Below are positions 50,094 to 63,169 of a stretch of DNA of 64,000 nt, one piece after another. Below the pieces are notes generated by a model. That model had not been told where the DNA came from and made no database searches. It saw nothing but the letters and a program-made list of their open reading frames with translations. This stretch comes from Epiperipatus broadwayi (lineage: Eukaryota; Animalia; Onychophora), in contig JAQFVV010000005.1 of assembly GCA_028023455.1 (NCBI GenBank), positions 7,998,001 to 8,062,000 on the forward strand. Reading direction: 5' to 3'. The translations under genes and the position numbers were made by a program. Positions within the stretch are counted from its first letter, which is position 1. Each line of letters opens with the position of its first letter.

Positions 50094-51129
50094 CACCTGG
50101 GTCTCGATTTATGTGGTAGATAGGTTCCACAGAAAACCGCATTTAAAAAAATCGCATAAAAATAGACAACTTACCTTGAAAAAGGGGGGACAGGGGCTGT
50201 AGTTTTCAGAATTCGCATAAAAGCAAAGCAACAAGGGAAAATTACTTTAAAATTCGCATTAAAAAAATAAGAAAATAAAGTATGAAGAATAAAAAATATC
50301 AAATATTTGAAAAAAATTGGTACAAGACAAACTTTTTTTACTTTTTTTTATTAACTACAGTATTTAATTTGACATTTTTTCATACGTATTTTAATCATTA
50401 TCGCTATTTTCATATGTATGATTCGTTTGTAAACTGGTAAGAAATCAGATTCATCGTTGTGATGTGATGTAGCTTCTTCTTGAACAAAGTCAAGAATCTC
50501 TCAGCAATTATGCCCAGAGAAACTTGTTAGCCACTTTATTTTTTATTCCCCACTCTAATTTTTACCATATTCTGCTCCATCCCATTTACACAACTAGTGC
50601 CGATTTCAGTCTTGTGCTGTGTTAATGGTTTTCTGTTGACAACTGATTTTTACTACTGAAATAAAATTTAAATGTTCACATTTTGTTTCTATATTAAAAA
50701 AATGAGGATCGCAATCAAAACAAAAAGATTAAACATTGTCATTAAAAATATTATTTTCAGTTTATAAAATCAATAAAATCTTCGTTATTTATTTTTAAAA
50801 AAATCTACATTATTTATTTCTGTTATACCTAATAAAATACATTTTAAAAGTTTAAAAATTTTGAATATTTATTGCGATATTTTTATTTACTCATTAGTAT
50901 AAGTATGTTATTTATTCTAAATATAGCTTCAGGCCCTGTTCACATTAGCTGCTAATATAACGTTATATTTTTGAAAAAAAAAAATTTCAAGTCAAAATAA
51001 GTTATTAATAATTTAAAATTTCTTGATATCTAATAAATATAGTGAAATATGAAAAATATTAAGAAGAAACATAAATCGCATAACTTCAAAATCACATTAA
51101 AATAATCGGCATAAAACGAGACCCAGGTG
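50094..51129. mobile_element. Non-autonomous Tc1/mariner (pogo/Tigger-like) element
   Basis: TIRs CACCTGGGTCTCG...CGAGACCCAGGTG flanked by TA on both sides. A short minus-strand frame (ERFLDFVQEE...FLPVYKRIIH) resembles a pogo transposase C-terminus. Confidence 0.8.
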
Positions 51130-51230
51130 TACAATGTTTTGATAAAAACATTTTTCAGCATTTAAAAAAAAAAAAACTAACGCACAAGGAAATCTAGAAC
51201 TGTAAGTTATTTAATTATATATATATATAT

Positions 51231-53144
51231 TGTAACAGTAGAGGGGTTCAAACCCTGTCACAAGAAAGTGAAAAGCATGTACCCATTACCCTCAAATACT
51301 AGCATATATTCAAGCGGGTGATAAAGGGTTAAAATATATATAGTTATTCATATATATATACGTGCATGAAATAAATTTTAAACTCTTTTTCGTTAGTATT
51401 TTTTTTAAAAAAAAATAAATGGGGAAGGGATTAATTAGTAAACATTATTTATTTAGAATGTTTTACTTTTAAAATAGTACAAATTAACAAAATTACAGTT
51501 GTGTGCAAATATGTTATATATTGTTTATTGATTTAAGGTTAATTATATTTAAAATTAACGAGGGTAGCGAAGAAGGAATGTTGTTTGTGCCTTCAAGCAG
51601 TTTTATGTTGAAATCACAATCGCTAATTACTATGAAAATAAAATTCCAAGAAAAAGCCAGAGAATGTTTGACCAAAACAATGGAAATGAAAATTTAAAGA
51701 AAGAAAAGTAATTTGGAAAGGCAAAACTATTCAAAGAAAAAGACTTAGATTGAAGATCCGATAAGAAAAAGAAAATTTCCTTTGTATGAGAAATGAAAAT
51801 TAATTAGAAAAAGAAATTAATTATTGAGTGGAATTTGGGAAATAAAAAAGAGAGGGATTTCAGTTAGATCTTGACCGTTGAGAGAGATAGACTTAAAAGG
51901 CTATAGAAGATATATCTAACATGACAGGGTAAAAACCTTACATAAAGGATTTACTCACCCATAGCTGATGCGAACTGACCAGAAGCTGCCTGCCGCCAAA
52001 GAACCTCAGAACCTAGTGAATATTCCAGATAGTGGAACAGAAAAACAATAGAAATGAATCATACGTATAAAAATATAAATTCAGTTAATTTGAAAGTTAC
52101 ATTAAACAAGACTTCAACTACGACTCCAACATTACTCGTGGCAATTTAAACATCGGACTCGTCAGGAAAAAATTATAACTTTGCGCTTTCATAAAACTAC
52201 TCCAAATACTACCGGATAGCAGAAATCCATTTGATATGCCTCGTTACATTCGGATCCCAGACCCCGGAGTTTTAGTCAGGTAAAGTGAACTCTGTTTTTA
52301 TGTCTCTGAAAATTGTTTATGGCTACCCTCAAAAATAATAACTTTCTTAAATCATTTTATAACATAATATTATTGCGCACAACTGTATAGTAGACATTTT
52401 TTTTCTTATATATAAAAACTAATATGTATTTATTTTAAATTTACTGTTATATCGTTTCATTCATAATTTGGGGGAACTGACTATATGTTTTAGAGGGGAG
52501 GGGTAAGAGTTTATTTCCATAGATGGCAATGAGAAAGTAATAATAAATTTTAATACAAATTTATTTTGCGTGAGAATTATTTAATAATTATGGTTTACAT
52601 ATTTTTTTTATCACTTCATTCGCTAAATAAATTCCAATAATTCAAATATGCCCGAGGTAAGCGGATATATAATAGTATATTTTCAGTTAAGTATAAACCC
52701 ACCCTGGGAGTGAGTTAGCTTGGGTCGGGCACTTCATTGATCGGGAAATATAATTCTCATTGTAATAGTGGGTTTGGCGCTTGAGGTCATTGATAAAGTG
52801 ATGCTCATAAATATATTCTCCCGTAGACATTTTTTTTTGTTTGGTATTTAGATTTTATTCAAGGCACCATGGCTACCGTAAATTGTATTCATTAGTCTTA
52901 AATTCTAATTACGCAATATTTAAAATTTGCGTCAAGTAAACAATACTTGCCTAAGAATTCGCATCAGAATTCACGTTGGTGGGTAATATTTAACTATTAC
53001 CTACAGGTGTTATGGTGACTAAACAGCCATAGAAATTCCATCCAGTCATCAGTTAGGCTCTTTGGTCCACTTCTTGAAATCTATATCATTTAGTTAAGTT
53101 CACCAACGTCGAATAAGATATGGTAAAAGGTGGAGCCCGTTAAA
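51231..53144 (+). repeat. 5' LTR of E2
   Basis: TGTAACAGTAG...GGAGCCCGTTAAA; matches 54212-56169. Confidence 0.9.
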
Positions 53145-53145
53145 A

Positions 53146-53163
53146 TGGCACCCAACATGGAGC
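53146..53163 (+). other. tRNA-Lys(CUU)-type primer binding site of E2
   Basis: TGGCACCCAACATGGAGC versus the canonical TGGCGCCCAACGTGGGGC; two of the three differences are CG to CA. Confidence 0.8.
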
Positions 53164-53405
53164 CATGAAAGTAGGAGAATGGCAGGTTAATAAAGATAAA
53201 TTAATTGATTATTTGTTCCATTTTTTGCGTGAGTTTAATTATATTACCTCGCAAATATTGCTTTAAAAAAATAAAGAACTAGACAGGGGAGAAAATAGGA
53301 GTGAGAGGTAGAGGTTCAACAGTAAGGCAGGTAACGGTCAGCATAGTATTTTGTAAGCTGGGGTGAGGAGCCCGGCACGTTATATATATATAGAGAAAAA
53401 AATTT

Positions 53406-54146
53406 ATGTATCTCACAGATAAAGCAGGGGAAATCGATATGTTGAATATTATTATGAGAAAGTTACAGGAGATGGAAGAAAGAATGGAATTAAAATTTGA
53501 CGAAATGAGGGAAATGTATAAAAAGCACGAGATTAAAATATTAGCATTAGAAAAGAAATTAGACAAGCAGGTAGGGAAAGGCGAAAGGGAAGAAAGCCCA
53601 ACCCAAAGAGAAGTCGACCTAGAAGAAGGGAAAATGAAAGTCGAGATAGAAAAGAAAGAGGAAGTAAGAAAAAAGAAAGACCAAGTAGAAGAAAATAGTA
53701 TAGTAGAAGACCAGGATGATTCTGTTACATGCTCGGTATCACAGTCGCAGGTAAACCAGTTCCTGGCAATTAGAGTGTTCACAGGGCAAATGGGCGATGC
53801 GCCAATGAAAAATTTAAAAGGCTTAGAAAGATATGTTGATTTTGACGAATGGGGAAGTAAGCAGGGACAAAAGATGCATGAAAGATATTTTACCATTAAT
53901 GTATGTGGGAGTAAGCACGAACAAAGGATATATGTATGGAAAAAGAAAAAGAAGAGAAATTGCGAAGCACCAAGTGAAAACTTAGAAGGCATAGAAAGAT
54001 ATTTTAACTTTGATGTAGGGGGGAGTAAGTGTGGACAAAAGATGTACGAAAGGTATTTTACCAGTAACATAGATGGAAGTAAGCGTGGACAAAAGATATA
54101 CGTATGGAAAAAGAAAAAGAAGGGAAATCGTGGGAATTTTTTATAG
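53406..54146 (+). CDS. Gag-derived 246-aa ORF: coiled coil, start of capsid, then a 56-aa tandem duplication with lysine runs
   Basis: QFLAIRVFTGQMGDAPMKNLKGLERY aligns with QFLKIQVFTGDPGESPMEHLESLEWY of E1 gag. A 168-nt repeat starts at 53799 and again at 53967. Confidence 0.7.
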   Translation: MYLTDKAGEIDMLNIIMRKLQEMEERMELKFDEMREMYKKHEIKILALEKKLDKQVGKGEREESPTQREVDLEEGKMKVEIEKKEEVRKKKDQVEENSIVEDQDDSVTCSVSQSQVNQFLAIRVFTGQMGDAPMKNLKGLERYVDFDEWGSKQGQKMHERYFTINVCGSKHEQRIYVWKKKKKRNCEAPSENLEGIERYFNFDVGGSKCGQKMYERYFTSNIDGSKRGQKIYVWKKKKKGNRGNFL

Positions 54147-54211
54147 ATATCATTATTTTAGACCTCAAAATAAGTATACCCCATTTTGAAGTCTTTCCGA
54201 CAGGGGGGCAT

Positions 54212-56169
54212 TGTAACAGTAGCGGAATTCAAACCCTGTTACAAGAAGGTGAAAAGCGCGTATGCATTACCCTCAAATACCAGCATATATTCAAGTGGGC
54301 AATAAAGGGTTAAAATATATATAGTTATTCATATATATATACGTGCATGAAATAAATTTTAAACTCTTTTTTGTTAGTATTTTTTTTTAAAAAAATAAAT
54401 GGGGAAGGGATTAATTAGTAAACATTATTTATTTAGAATGTTTACTTTTAAAATAATACAAATTAACAAAATTACAGTTGTGTGCAAATATGTTATATAT
54501 TGTTTATTGATTTAAGTTTAATTATATTTAAAATTAACGAGGGTAGTGAAGAAAGAATGTTGTTTGTGCCTTCAAGCAGTTTTATGTTGAAATCACAATC
54601 GCTAATTACTATGAAAATAAAATTCCAATAAAAAGCCAGAGAATGTTTGACCAAAACAATGGAAATGAAAATTTAAAGAAAGAAAAGTAATTTGGAAAGG
54701 CAAAACTATTCAAAGAAAAAGACTTAGATTGAAGATCTGATAAGAAAAAGAAAATTTCCTTTGTATGAGAAATGAAAATTAATTAGAAAAAGAAATTAAT
54801 TATTGAGGGGAATTTGGGAAATAAAAAAGAGAGGGATTTCAGTTAGATCTTGACTATTGAGAGAGATAGACTTAAAAAGCTATAGAAGATATATCTAACA
54901 TGACGGGGTAAAAACCTTATGTAAAGGGTTTACTCACCCATAGCCTATGCGAACTGACCAGAAGCTGCCTGCTGCCAAAGAACCTCAGAACCTAGTGAAT
55001 ATTCCAGATAGTGGAACAGAAAAGAAATAGAAATGAATCGTACGTATAAAAATATAAATTCAGTTAATTTGAAAGTTACATTAAACAAGACTTCAACTAC
55101 GACTCCAACATTACTCATGGCAATTTAAACATCAGACTCGTCAGGAAAAAATTATATCTTCGCGCTTTCATAAACTACTCCAAATACTACCGGATAGCAG
55201 AAATCCATTTGATATGCCTCGTTACATTTGGATCCCAGACCCCGGGGTTTTCGTCAGGTAAAGTGAACTCTGTTTTTATGTCTCTGAAAATTGTTTATGG
55301 CTACCCTCGAAAATAATAACTTTCTTAAATCATTTTATAACATAATATTGTACACAATTGTATAGTAGACATTTTTTTTTCTTATATATAAAAATTAATA
55401 TGTATTTATTTTAAATTTACTGTTATATCGTTTCATTCATAAATTTGGGGAAACTGACTATATGTTTTAGAGGGGAGGGGTAAGAGTTTATTTCCATAGA
55501 TGGCAATGAGAAAGTAATAATAAATTTTAATACAAATTTATCTTTGTCTGAGAATTATTTAATAATTATGGTTTACATATTTTTTTATCACTTCATTCGC
55601 TAAATAAATTTCAATAATTCAAATATGTCCGAGGTAAGCAGATATATAATAGTATATTTTCAGTTAAGTATAAACCTATATATATATTTTTTATTGTTAA
55701 CTCCATTCATCCGATAGGTTTTCCTCCCCACCCTGGGAGTGAGTTATCTTGGGTCGGGCACTTCATTAATCGGGAAATATAATTCTCATTGTAATAGTGG
55801 GTTTGGCACTTGAGGTCATTGATAAAGTGATGCTCATAAATATATTCTCCCGTAGACATTTTTTTTGTTTGGTATTTAGATTTTATTCAAGGCACCAGGG
55901 CTTCCGTAAATTGTATTCATTAGTCTTAAATTCTAATTATGCAATATTTAAAATTTGCATCAAGTAAACAATACGTGCCTAAGAATTCGCATCAGAATTC
56001 GCGTTGGTGGGTAATATTTAACTATTACCTACAGGTGTTATGGCAACTAAACAGCCATAGAAATTCCATCCAGTCGTCGGTTAGGCTTTTTGGTCCACTT
56101 CTTTAAATCTATATCATTTAGTTAAGTTCACCAACGTCGAATAAGACGTAAAAGTTGGAGCCCGTTAAA
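54212..56169 (+). repeat. 3' LTR of E2 (carries a ~45-bp insertion near 55680-55725)
   Basis: Matches 51231-53144. Confidence 0.9.
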
Positions 56170-56293
56170 ATATAAAAAAACTAAAACAAGATTATCTTTA
56201 TGCTTTCATTGGAATCGAACTTTTATACTAACTATGTACATTAAAAAACAAAAATCAGTCATTTGATTGAAATCTAATAAGCATCAAAACTTT

Positions 56294-56427
56294 TTTTTGT
56301 ATAATTCTATTGAACTATTCATTATAGGATATGTGAAGAGATCTTTTCAAATAATTGATCATTTTTGTATAATTCAATTGAACTATTCATTATAGGATAT
56401 GTGAAAAGATCTTTTCAAGTAATTGAT
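56294..56427 (+). repeat. 68-bp tandem duplication
   Basis: TTTTTGTATAATTC...GATCTTTTCAA.TAATTGAT occurs twice. Confidence 0.85.
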
Positions 56428-57488
56428 TGTTTGGTAATTATAAAAAATATTGAGACTTTTGATTTAATAACGGTTAATATCAAAGATCAATTTTAATAGT
56501 ATTTTTATTATATAGCTATAATGTGCCAATCATTGAAGAAAGAAAATAATTTTAAATATATGTACTAGTGTAAAGTATTATGCAGGTGTACTAAACAATT
56601 GTTGTGAAGGATCAAGGCATCTCAGATGTGTTTGAAGAAGACAATGTATACTACAGTTGTATGAGTTCTCACCATCACGTATATATATGATGGCTACCAG
56701 ATGTTATGCTGAAGGTTTCCAGATCAACTGTGAAAGTTGCCAAACCAGATGCTTTCCAAACTACCTGCTCAGTTTGTGAGAGATGGATAAATTGTTAAAG
56801 GCACTATTCTGTAAAATGAGGCAAGAATAAATAATTATATCAGAGATGCTGAAAATTCTCAATCTACAATGAATTTTACCATCTGAAAGATGATACTCTT
56901 GCTACCCAAGATGTCTACAGAATTATCCATAAATTTATGTTGACATGTTATTGCTTGTTTGTTGTTGTTAAACACATTAATCTTGTAAATTTTGTAAGGT
57001 TTTCTCTCCTCTATTCATTTACTTCCATATTTGAATTTTGAGCTGGAAGTGCAGAAATTTAACATTATGCATTTTATGATGTAAATAAATTAGATTACAG
57101 TTAATGTATTGTTGAAATAAAAGGTATAAATGGTTCTTTTGAAAAAAAAGGGGGAATGAATTATGATAAAACTGAGCATACAGGGAGGTAAGACTTATTT
57201 TTTTGACAGATTATAGATACAACATTCTTATAAACAGAGTTAATTGTTAATAAAACATTATTAACCATTTGTTAATAAGTTGCTTACTAACCATTACCTA
57301 TAATTGCATGTGGTTAATTTTAATAAAATTAATGGCATAGTAGAGTTACAAACGGACCTATTATTTTAAATATATTACAAGATAACACTTTACATTGTAT
57401 AATGGTTAGGTCATATTTATTTCATATTTAAAGACCACAAATTCATTTGTTAGATGGCATTACTAATTGTAAATCACTATTTTGTCAA

Positions 57489-57576
57489 GCATTGGTAGTC
57501 AAAACATCAGCGACAGCTGCTTTACAAGCAGTTATTTCAGGTTAGCAGGTTCACTTCCCAGCTGATGCTATGACAC
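57489..57576 (+). mobile_element. Second, more diverged copy of the tRNA(Gly)-like SINE
   Basis: Starts GCATTGGTAGTCAA and ends CCCAGCTGATGCTATGACAC, like the 39.8 kb copy. Confidence 0.7.
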
Positions 57577-58594
57577 ATGTGCAAAAAATCATTAGAAGAT
57601 GGCATGAAATGCAGATGCTGATAAATACCTATAGTGATGTGATGGATGATATTTTGATTTTGTTATTTTGATGAGATTATGTGGAAGTGTTATAATTCAT
57701 AGTTATTATGTTTTTAAGTTTATATTTTGTCCATTATAATATTTTATATTGAGTTATAATAAATTTGTTAATTTAATTTTATCTTACATCAGGGGTTATA
57801 TATGATTTATTGATAACACATCACTAACTTTACATATCTCTATTTTATATGGGAACATACATGCAGCCCGAACCTAATAACTGTACCATATGAACCAGAA
57901 TGTCGAGTCAGTGCATACGTTGGCTAGATATCTTCTTATCATAACTCATACCTGAAGAGAGTAGCTGCTCAGATTATGATTGGGTTTGAATTCTGAAAAT
58001 TTAACTGTAAAGTGGAGAATGGGTGGATCCTGTGAATGTTACCAAATGAAAGGGATTGAATGGTAGTTAAGATCTACTTTGCCTTGCTGGATTTTTCCAA
58101 TCCTCCATGGCCGGCCAGTTTCATGTCACGGTATATGTAGTGGTGTGGGGATAAGTAAATGGCAGTGGGCTGGTCATCTGCCCATTACATTTATGGTGTG
58201 CAACATGTTGGGGCAAGAACAACTATGTCCATAAATATTAGTTTTAAAGGAAATCTAGTCATTAGACAAATGTGAGCAATCAGAAAATTAACATCAATGT
58301 TATAGGTTGTGAAATAGTGATGTAAAAAAAATATATATGTAAAATGATTAAATGTTAGTATCTTAATCATGATAGTTGAACTGATTTGTAGTTAGAAGTA
58401 GATTGGAACTTAGTAAGTGTACAAGTAAGTGATGGTAGTAAAAAAAATTTTTTTTTGTTTCTGATTCATCATCTTCATAGAACCAGAAGGGGCAGCTGAG
58501 ACCTCATGACAAATATCCATATTGTAGAGAATGTAGTTATTTTATACAAGCAATAAATAAGGGAATATTCTCTCCTAATGATTATATTAATGTA

Positions 58595-60500
58595 TTGACC
58601 TTTATGCTATTAAGAAGTGGCCATGTCATTTTAAAGATGGATGAAAGAGTTGATGAGACATGGGTAAATCAAAACAGTGGAATTTTAGATACAGACACAA
58701 GTATAGAAAAAAGGTCGGTATGCCAACAGGCATTTAAGAAGCTTACAAAAGATATGTGGCAACATATTCAATCATTAAAAGAGGATCGAACAATGACTCA
58801 ACTCCCAGAGACGCTTTCCCAAGAAGCGATTCCTATGCTAGGGGATCAATTGATGCCATCTAATGAAAGTGAATCCATCACACTATAGATGCTGTGGGAG
58901 ATGATGCTGAAGATGAGTGCTCTGGGAACAAATATGGCCAACATGGAATCGAGATTAAAGTCTAAGTTAGAGTCAAATGTGGCCAACATGGAATCGAGAT
59001 CCGAGTCTAAGTTAGAGTCAAATATGGCCAATATGGGAAATGAGATGTATATATGAATTAACAATCTCAAAGGTAGATTTAAATAGTAGGTTGGATAACA
59101 TGGCAACAAAAGCTGTTGTCAACCAAGTTGAGGTAGGTTTGAAAGGGGATATATCTCAAGTCCAAAAAGACATGAGGAAGGGGTTAGTAGGGATTGAAGA
59201 GAAATTGGAGGTGAGAATTCAGGAAGTTGACACCCAACTATCCGAAAGAGTAAGACAGTTGTTGCAGAATGTGGGAAAGGTATGAACTAATAATTATGAA
59301 GTAAGGCACAGGGTTGAAAAAGAAAGTACCAGGTGTCAAGAGTGTGTCAACAAATTTGCTGAACACATTACTACTCATATTGATCAAGAGATCAAACAAG
59401 TTTACCAGACACAAGAAGTCATAAATAAAGAGGTATGGAGTAAGCAGAACACTTTTAGAAAGAATTATGAGCTGAGCTTGAGTTGGTCCAAATGAAGCTG
59501 AACAACCTTTCCATGACCCATAATGTCAAAAATGAAGGCCTTGAAGATACACTTCGATCTTTCACACATTGTTTGTGACTCATTTGGTTAACAAGGTAGC
59601 CTCTATGAAGACTTATACAATGATTGGGAAGACTATCATTCAGAAGTTAATTGAGTCTACTAATGAAACACATGAGAGATTAAATTTCCTAAATAAGGTC
59701 CTACAATATAAATCACAGTCTGGAGACACCCAGATGTATCAGCTGAACATGAAGTTAACTAAGCAAGTGTTGAAGGGAAATGAAGGAATCGACGGGGTTG
59801 GAAGAAACCAAATAATAGTTCTCATGGGACAGATCTCAAGGGATGATCTTGGAACTCAAGATCAGTATGGGGAGAGCACATCTGCTTCCAAGACATTTAC
59901 GGAGGTAGAGGACATGAATTTGCTTTATCTGTACTTGACTGAGAAACACACCAATGATCAGAAAATGGCTGATGAACCGTATCAGATGTAAAACCATATG
60001 GATTTTCAAGAAGTGAATAAAACCCAAGGGGCCATCTCTCAGATAAATGCGATAAGCCAGTTCATGAAACTTAAAGTGCTTAAGGGCTTCTCGAATGAAG
60101 CACCAACAGAACATCTTAGAAGTTTAGAATTATATTTTTATGTTAATAGAGGTTTATCAGAAGCTGAAAGAGTAATTATTGCTTATAGTCACCTCCAGGG
60201 TGATGCATTAATGTGGTGGGAGTCACTGTATCAAACCCCATCCATATTTGAGGAATATTGGACTTTATTAGTATGTAATTTCTGGAATTGGGATAAACAA
60301 GAAGCCATCCTTTACCATATACTCCAGGAAAAGTACAAGTCAATGCCTGGGGAAACATTTGTGAAGTTTTTTTGATGATAGGTTACCAGATTATGCACAC
60401 TGGATACACACCACTTCATTGAGTTGATCATTCGGATAGTCAAGAGAAACTTGCCTTTGTGAATAGAACTATCCCTCCTATGTACTGTAGCAGTCAATCT
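58595..60500 (+). pseudogene. gag: Decayed Ty3/gypsy gag related to E1 (includes a 45-bp coding repeat at 58930-59036)
   Basis: Coiled-coil fragments, then QFMKLKVLKGFSNEAPTEHLRSLELYF...SHLQGDALMWWESL in ORF 59998-60375. Confidence 0.78.
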
Positions 60501-61453
60501 TAGCCAAGATCAAGCTTCACTGTTCTACCACTTAACCCATGATTCATCCTGTTTTTTCGTCACATGTATATAAACTATACGTATATTTCTGAGAAGCATC
60601 TATAAAATTTTTTAAATATAATCCTCACATAAAATTTTTTTTTAATTTTAAATATTAACTTTTATGGATGCAACTCAGATATATAATATATTAATGGAGT
60701 TTTTATATAGATAAAAGCACAAACAAATCTTGTAAATAATTTTGTATTTTTTTCTTAACTATATGCTATTTATTTTACAAATATTTTTCTTCATATAATT
60801 ACACAAATATTCAAGATGGAAGATGCAGTTGTTAACTGCCCAAGAGCAATTAAAGAGGTGGGATTCATGATTTTAAAAAATTTTTTTAATTAAAGTTAAT
60901 GAAAGTAAAATTTAAAACAAAGCTAATTGATTTTAGTTAGCTGTTAACATTTTTATCAAATCTATTTCCAATCTGGGAATTGATTTGAATTTATTTTTGG
61001 ACAGTTATCTAGTGATTGCATCTCCACTAACAATAGCTAAAATATTTCTGTAAATTAAATATTAATTAAGAGTTAAGAAGTTTAATTAAAAAGATTCTTT
61101 GAATAGCTCAAAGTTTGTATAAATAGGGCCAAAAATCTATTGTGTCAGAGTTTGGTCAATAGTCATTAACTGACTTCACATCTGTTGATTTTTAAAAAAG
61201 ATGGGTTTGGGCCACCTTTCCCTCCATCTTCAGCTCCACTCTTTATTATGCAGAGATGTAACTCCTACCCCACAAGTGCCTGTGCCATCAAAGAATGCCG
61301 CCTGCCACAGAAGATTCGTCAGAACTTCATAGAATCCTGAGGTAACCAGCCCAAAGACGTTATAATCATATTACCTAAACTCTAACTTGTACATCTTTAA
61401 AATTAATGTTTTCTGTATATTTTGAATCTCTTAACTCGCTAATTGGCGAGTAT

Positions 61454-61657
61454 GTTAAATTAATAGTTATTTTTTTTACTATGAAATATTTCATCCAACT
61501 CATGCTTCTTACTTTTTTTATAATTTAGTGCGGTTATAATTTATTTTAAATGGTACGTTAAATTAATAGTTATTTTCTTTACTATGAAATATTTTATCCA
61601 ACTCATGCTTCTTACTTTTTTTTTATAATTTAGTGTGGTTATAATTTATTTTAAATG
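61454..61657 (+). repeat. ~103-bp tandem duplication
   Basis: GTTAAATTAATAGTTATTT...GGTTATAATTTATTTTAAATG occurs twice. Confidence 0.85.
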
Positions 61658-63129
61658 ATATTTTTATATTTTTCATTTAATTTTATTTGTAAATGCTAAT
61701 CAAACCCACTCTTATAAACTTCTATCTGTGGAATAGAAGGGGGGGATTAATAAGTTCTGACTTATTTATTTCTAAATAGTTTGTGAATTTTCTTGTAAAA
61801 TGAATACATGCTTTTTTAAAAAAACATATAATTCACAAAATTATACAAAATGTATAAATACTTTGCAATCTGGGGTGGATATTCTTTATTCATCATCTTC
61901 AACAAAAAGGCTGGTGAACAAATTTTATTTTGTTCGCACTTTTAAGTGCATGAATTTTAATTGTTTGATATATTTAAGCAAAATAGTATTGATTCAAGAA
62001 GGGGGAGAAATGCACGCTTCAGTAATTATAGTTTAACTTCTGATAAATGACTATCTTACATAGGTTATTATTTTAACATATCATTACATACTTCTGATAA
62101 ATGACTTTATCTTACATAGGTCATTATTTTAACATATCATTTAAGGCTTTATTTAGTATTTAAATCCAATGTTTTTATAGTCTTATAATCGCACTGTTGG
62201 CATATGTCAAATTATTAATAAGCCACATAGGGCTTTGATCTGATTCACCTGTACCTCACTCCAGGGAGTAACGATCGTCTTTGTTTGTCATTCTTCTCAT
62301 CCAAATATATATTTATATATTGCTTTGATTTGCCTGTACCTCATTCCAGGGATTTGAAGCCTTCTGTCTTTTTTTATTGTTCTCATTCATAACAGAGGTC
62401 TAAGTCTACCTGAAACAAGCCGGTTAGTGTAGTTGAAACTCTGCATGGACTTACTGTAAACTGGATCCATAGCAACTTCCCACTGACCTTTCAATTTTTG
62501 GTACCGCTCTAGCATGCAGCTGGCATACCACCTTCAAATAGAATGACATTTTCAAAGCCCTAAGTTGCCATCCTCCCTCATTGACATAATACTAGCAGTG
62601 CAATTTCCTATGTTTTGTTTTCTAGCCTGTTTTAACAAAATAAATTGTAATGATATGTGATAATAAAATGTTTTTTTCTCTTTTTTTAGTTGGAGTTTAA
62701 ATTCAACCTCTCATGAAGCTGCCCTCCCCTTTATTGAAATAAGCCATTCCGTATTAATAGAGTTTCGCAATATATGACCATTAAATGTGAAATAAATTAT
62801 GTTTTTGGTCTACTTACTGATCAAAATGTATCCTTATTTTATTGTTACAAATAAAGTTTATAAATGAAAATAAACTCTGTATGAAATGCCAAGGGCATTC
62901 TTCTAAAATTGTATAATACAGTGAGACTCTATCGTATCTTAATAGGTATTATTCTTAATGTAAACCTTAAAACATCACATGATCACTATCTTCCATACTT
63001 GCTCATAACTGTTGTTAAAATAGGCAAAACTCTCCATACAGTAGTGCCACTCTAAGCAAGACAGAGTAATCAATGGATGCCAGAAGGGTTGTGCATAAAA
63101 TCCCTATCTAGTGTCTGCTCATCCAATAT

Positions 63130-63169
63130 CCCCAAACTAGTTTCTGGCTTATGGCCTTCATCAGTGAGG
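63130..63169 (-). ncRNA. Type I hammerhead ribozyme, family B copy 1
   Basis: CCTCA-CTGATGA-A-GGC cataa GCC-A-GAAA-CTA-GTT-TGGGG: palindromic ACTAGT helix III, GUU triplet and 5-bp stem I. Confidence 0.75.

Larger units (their letters stand above)
51231..56169 (+). mobile_element. Non-autonomous LTR retroelement (LARD-like, element E2): ~1.9 kb LTRs and ~1.07 kb internal region
   Basis: Direct repeats 51231-53144 and 54212-56169, PBS after the 5' LTR, purine tract ACAGGGGGGCAT before the 3' LTR, and ATAT on both flanks. Confidence 0.92.

Noticed and set aside
53279-54070. 263-aa antisense ORF overlapping the E2 ORF
   Set aside because: Its Ser/Phe/Leu-rich sequence is the expected shadow of a purine-rich sense ORF.
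62440-62620. Apparent host exon WYASCMLERYQKLKGQWEVAMDPVY with GT/AG borders
   Set aside because: No partner exons were found. The same frame extends upstream through TGA stops into MSMREDGNLGL, resembling the GGLGL region of non-LTR RTs, so it is more likely a decayed retroposon.
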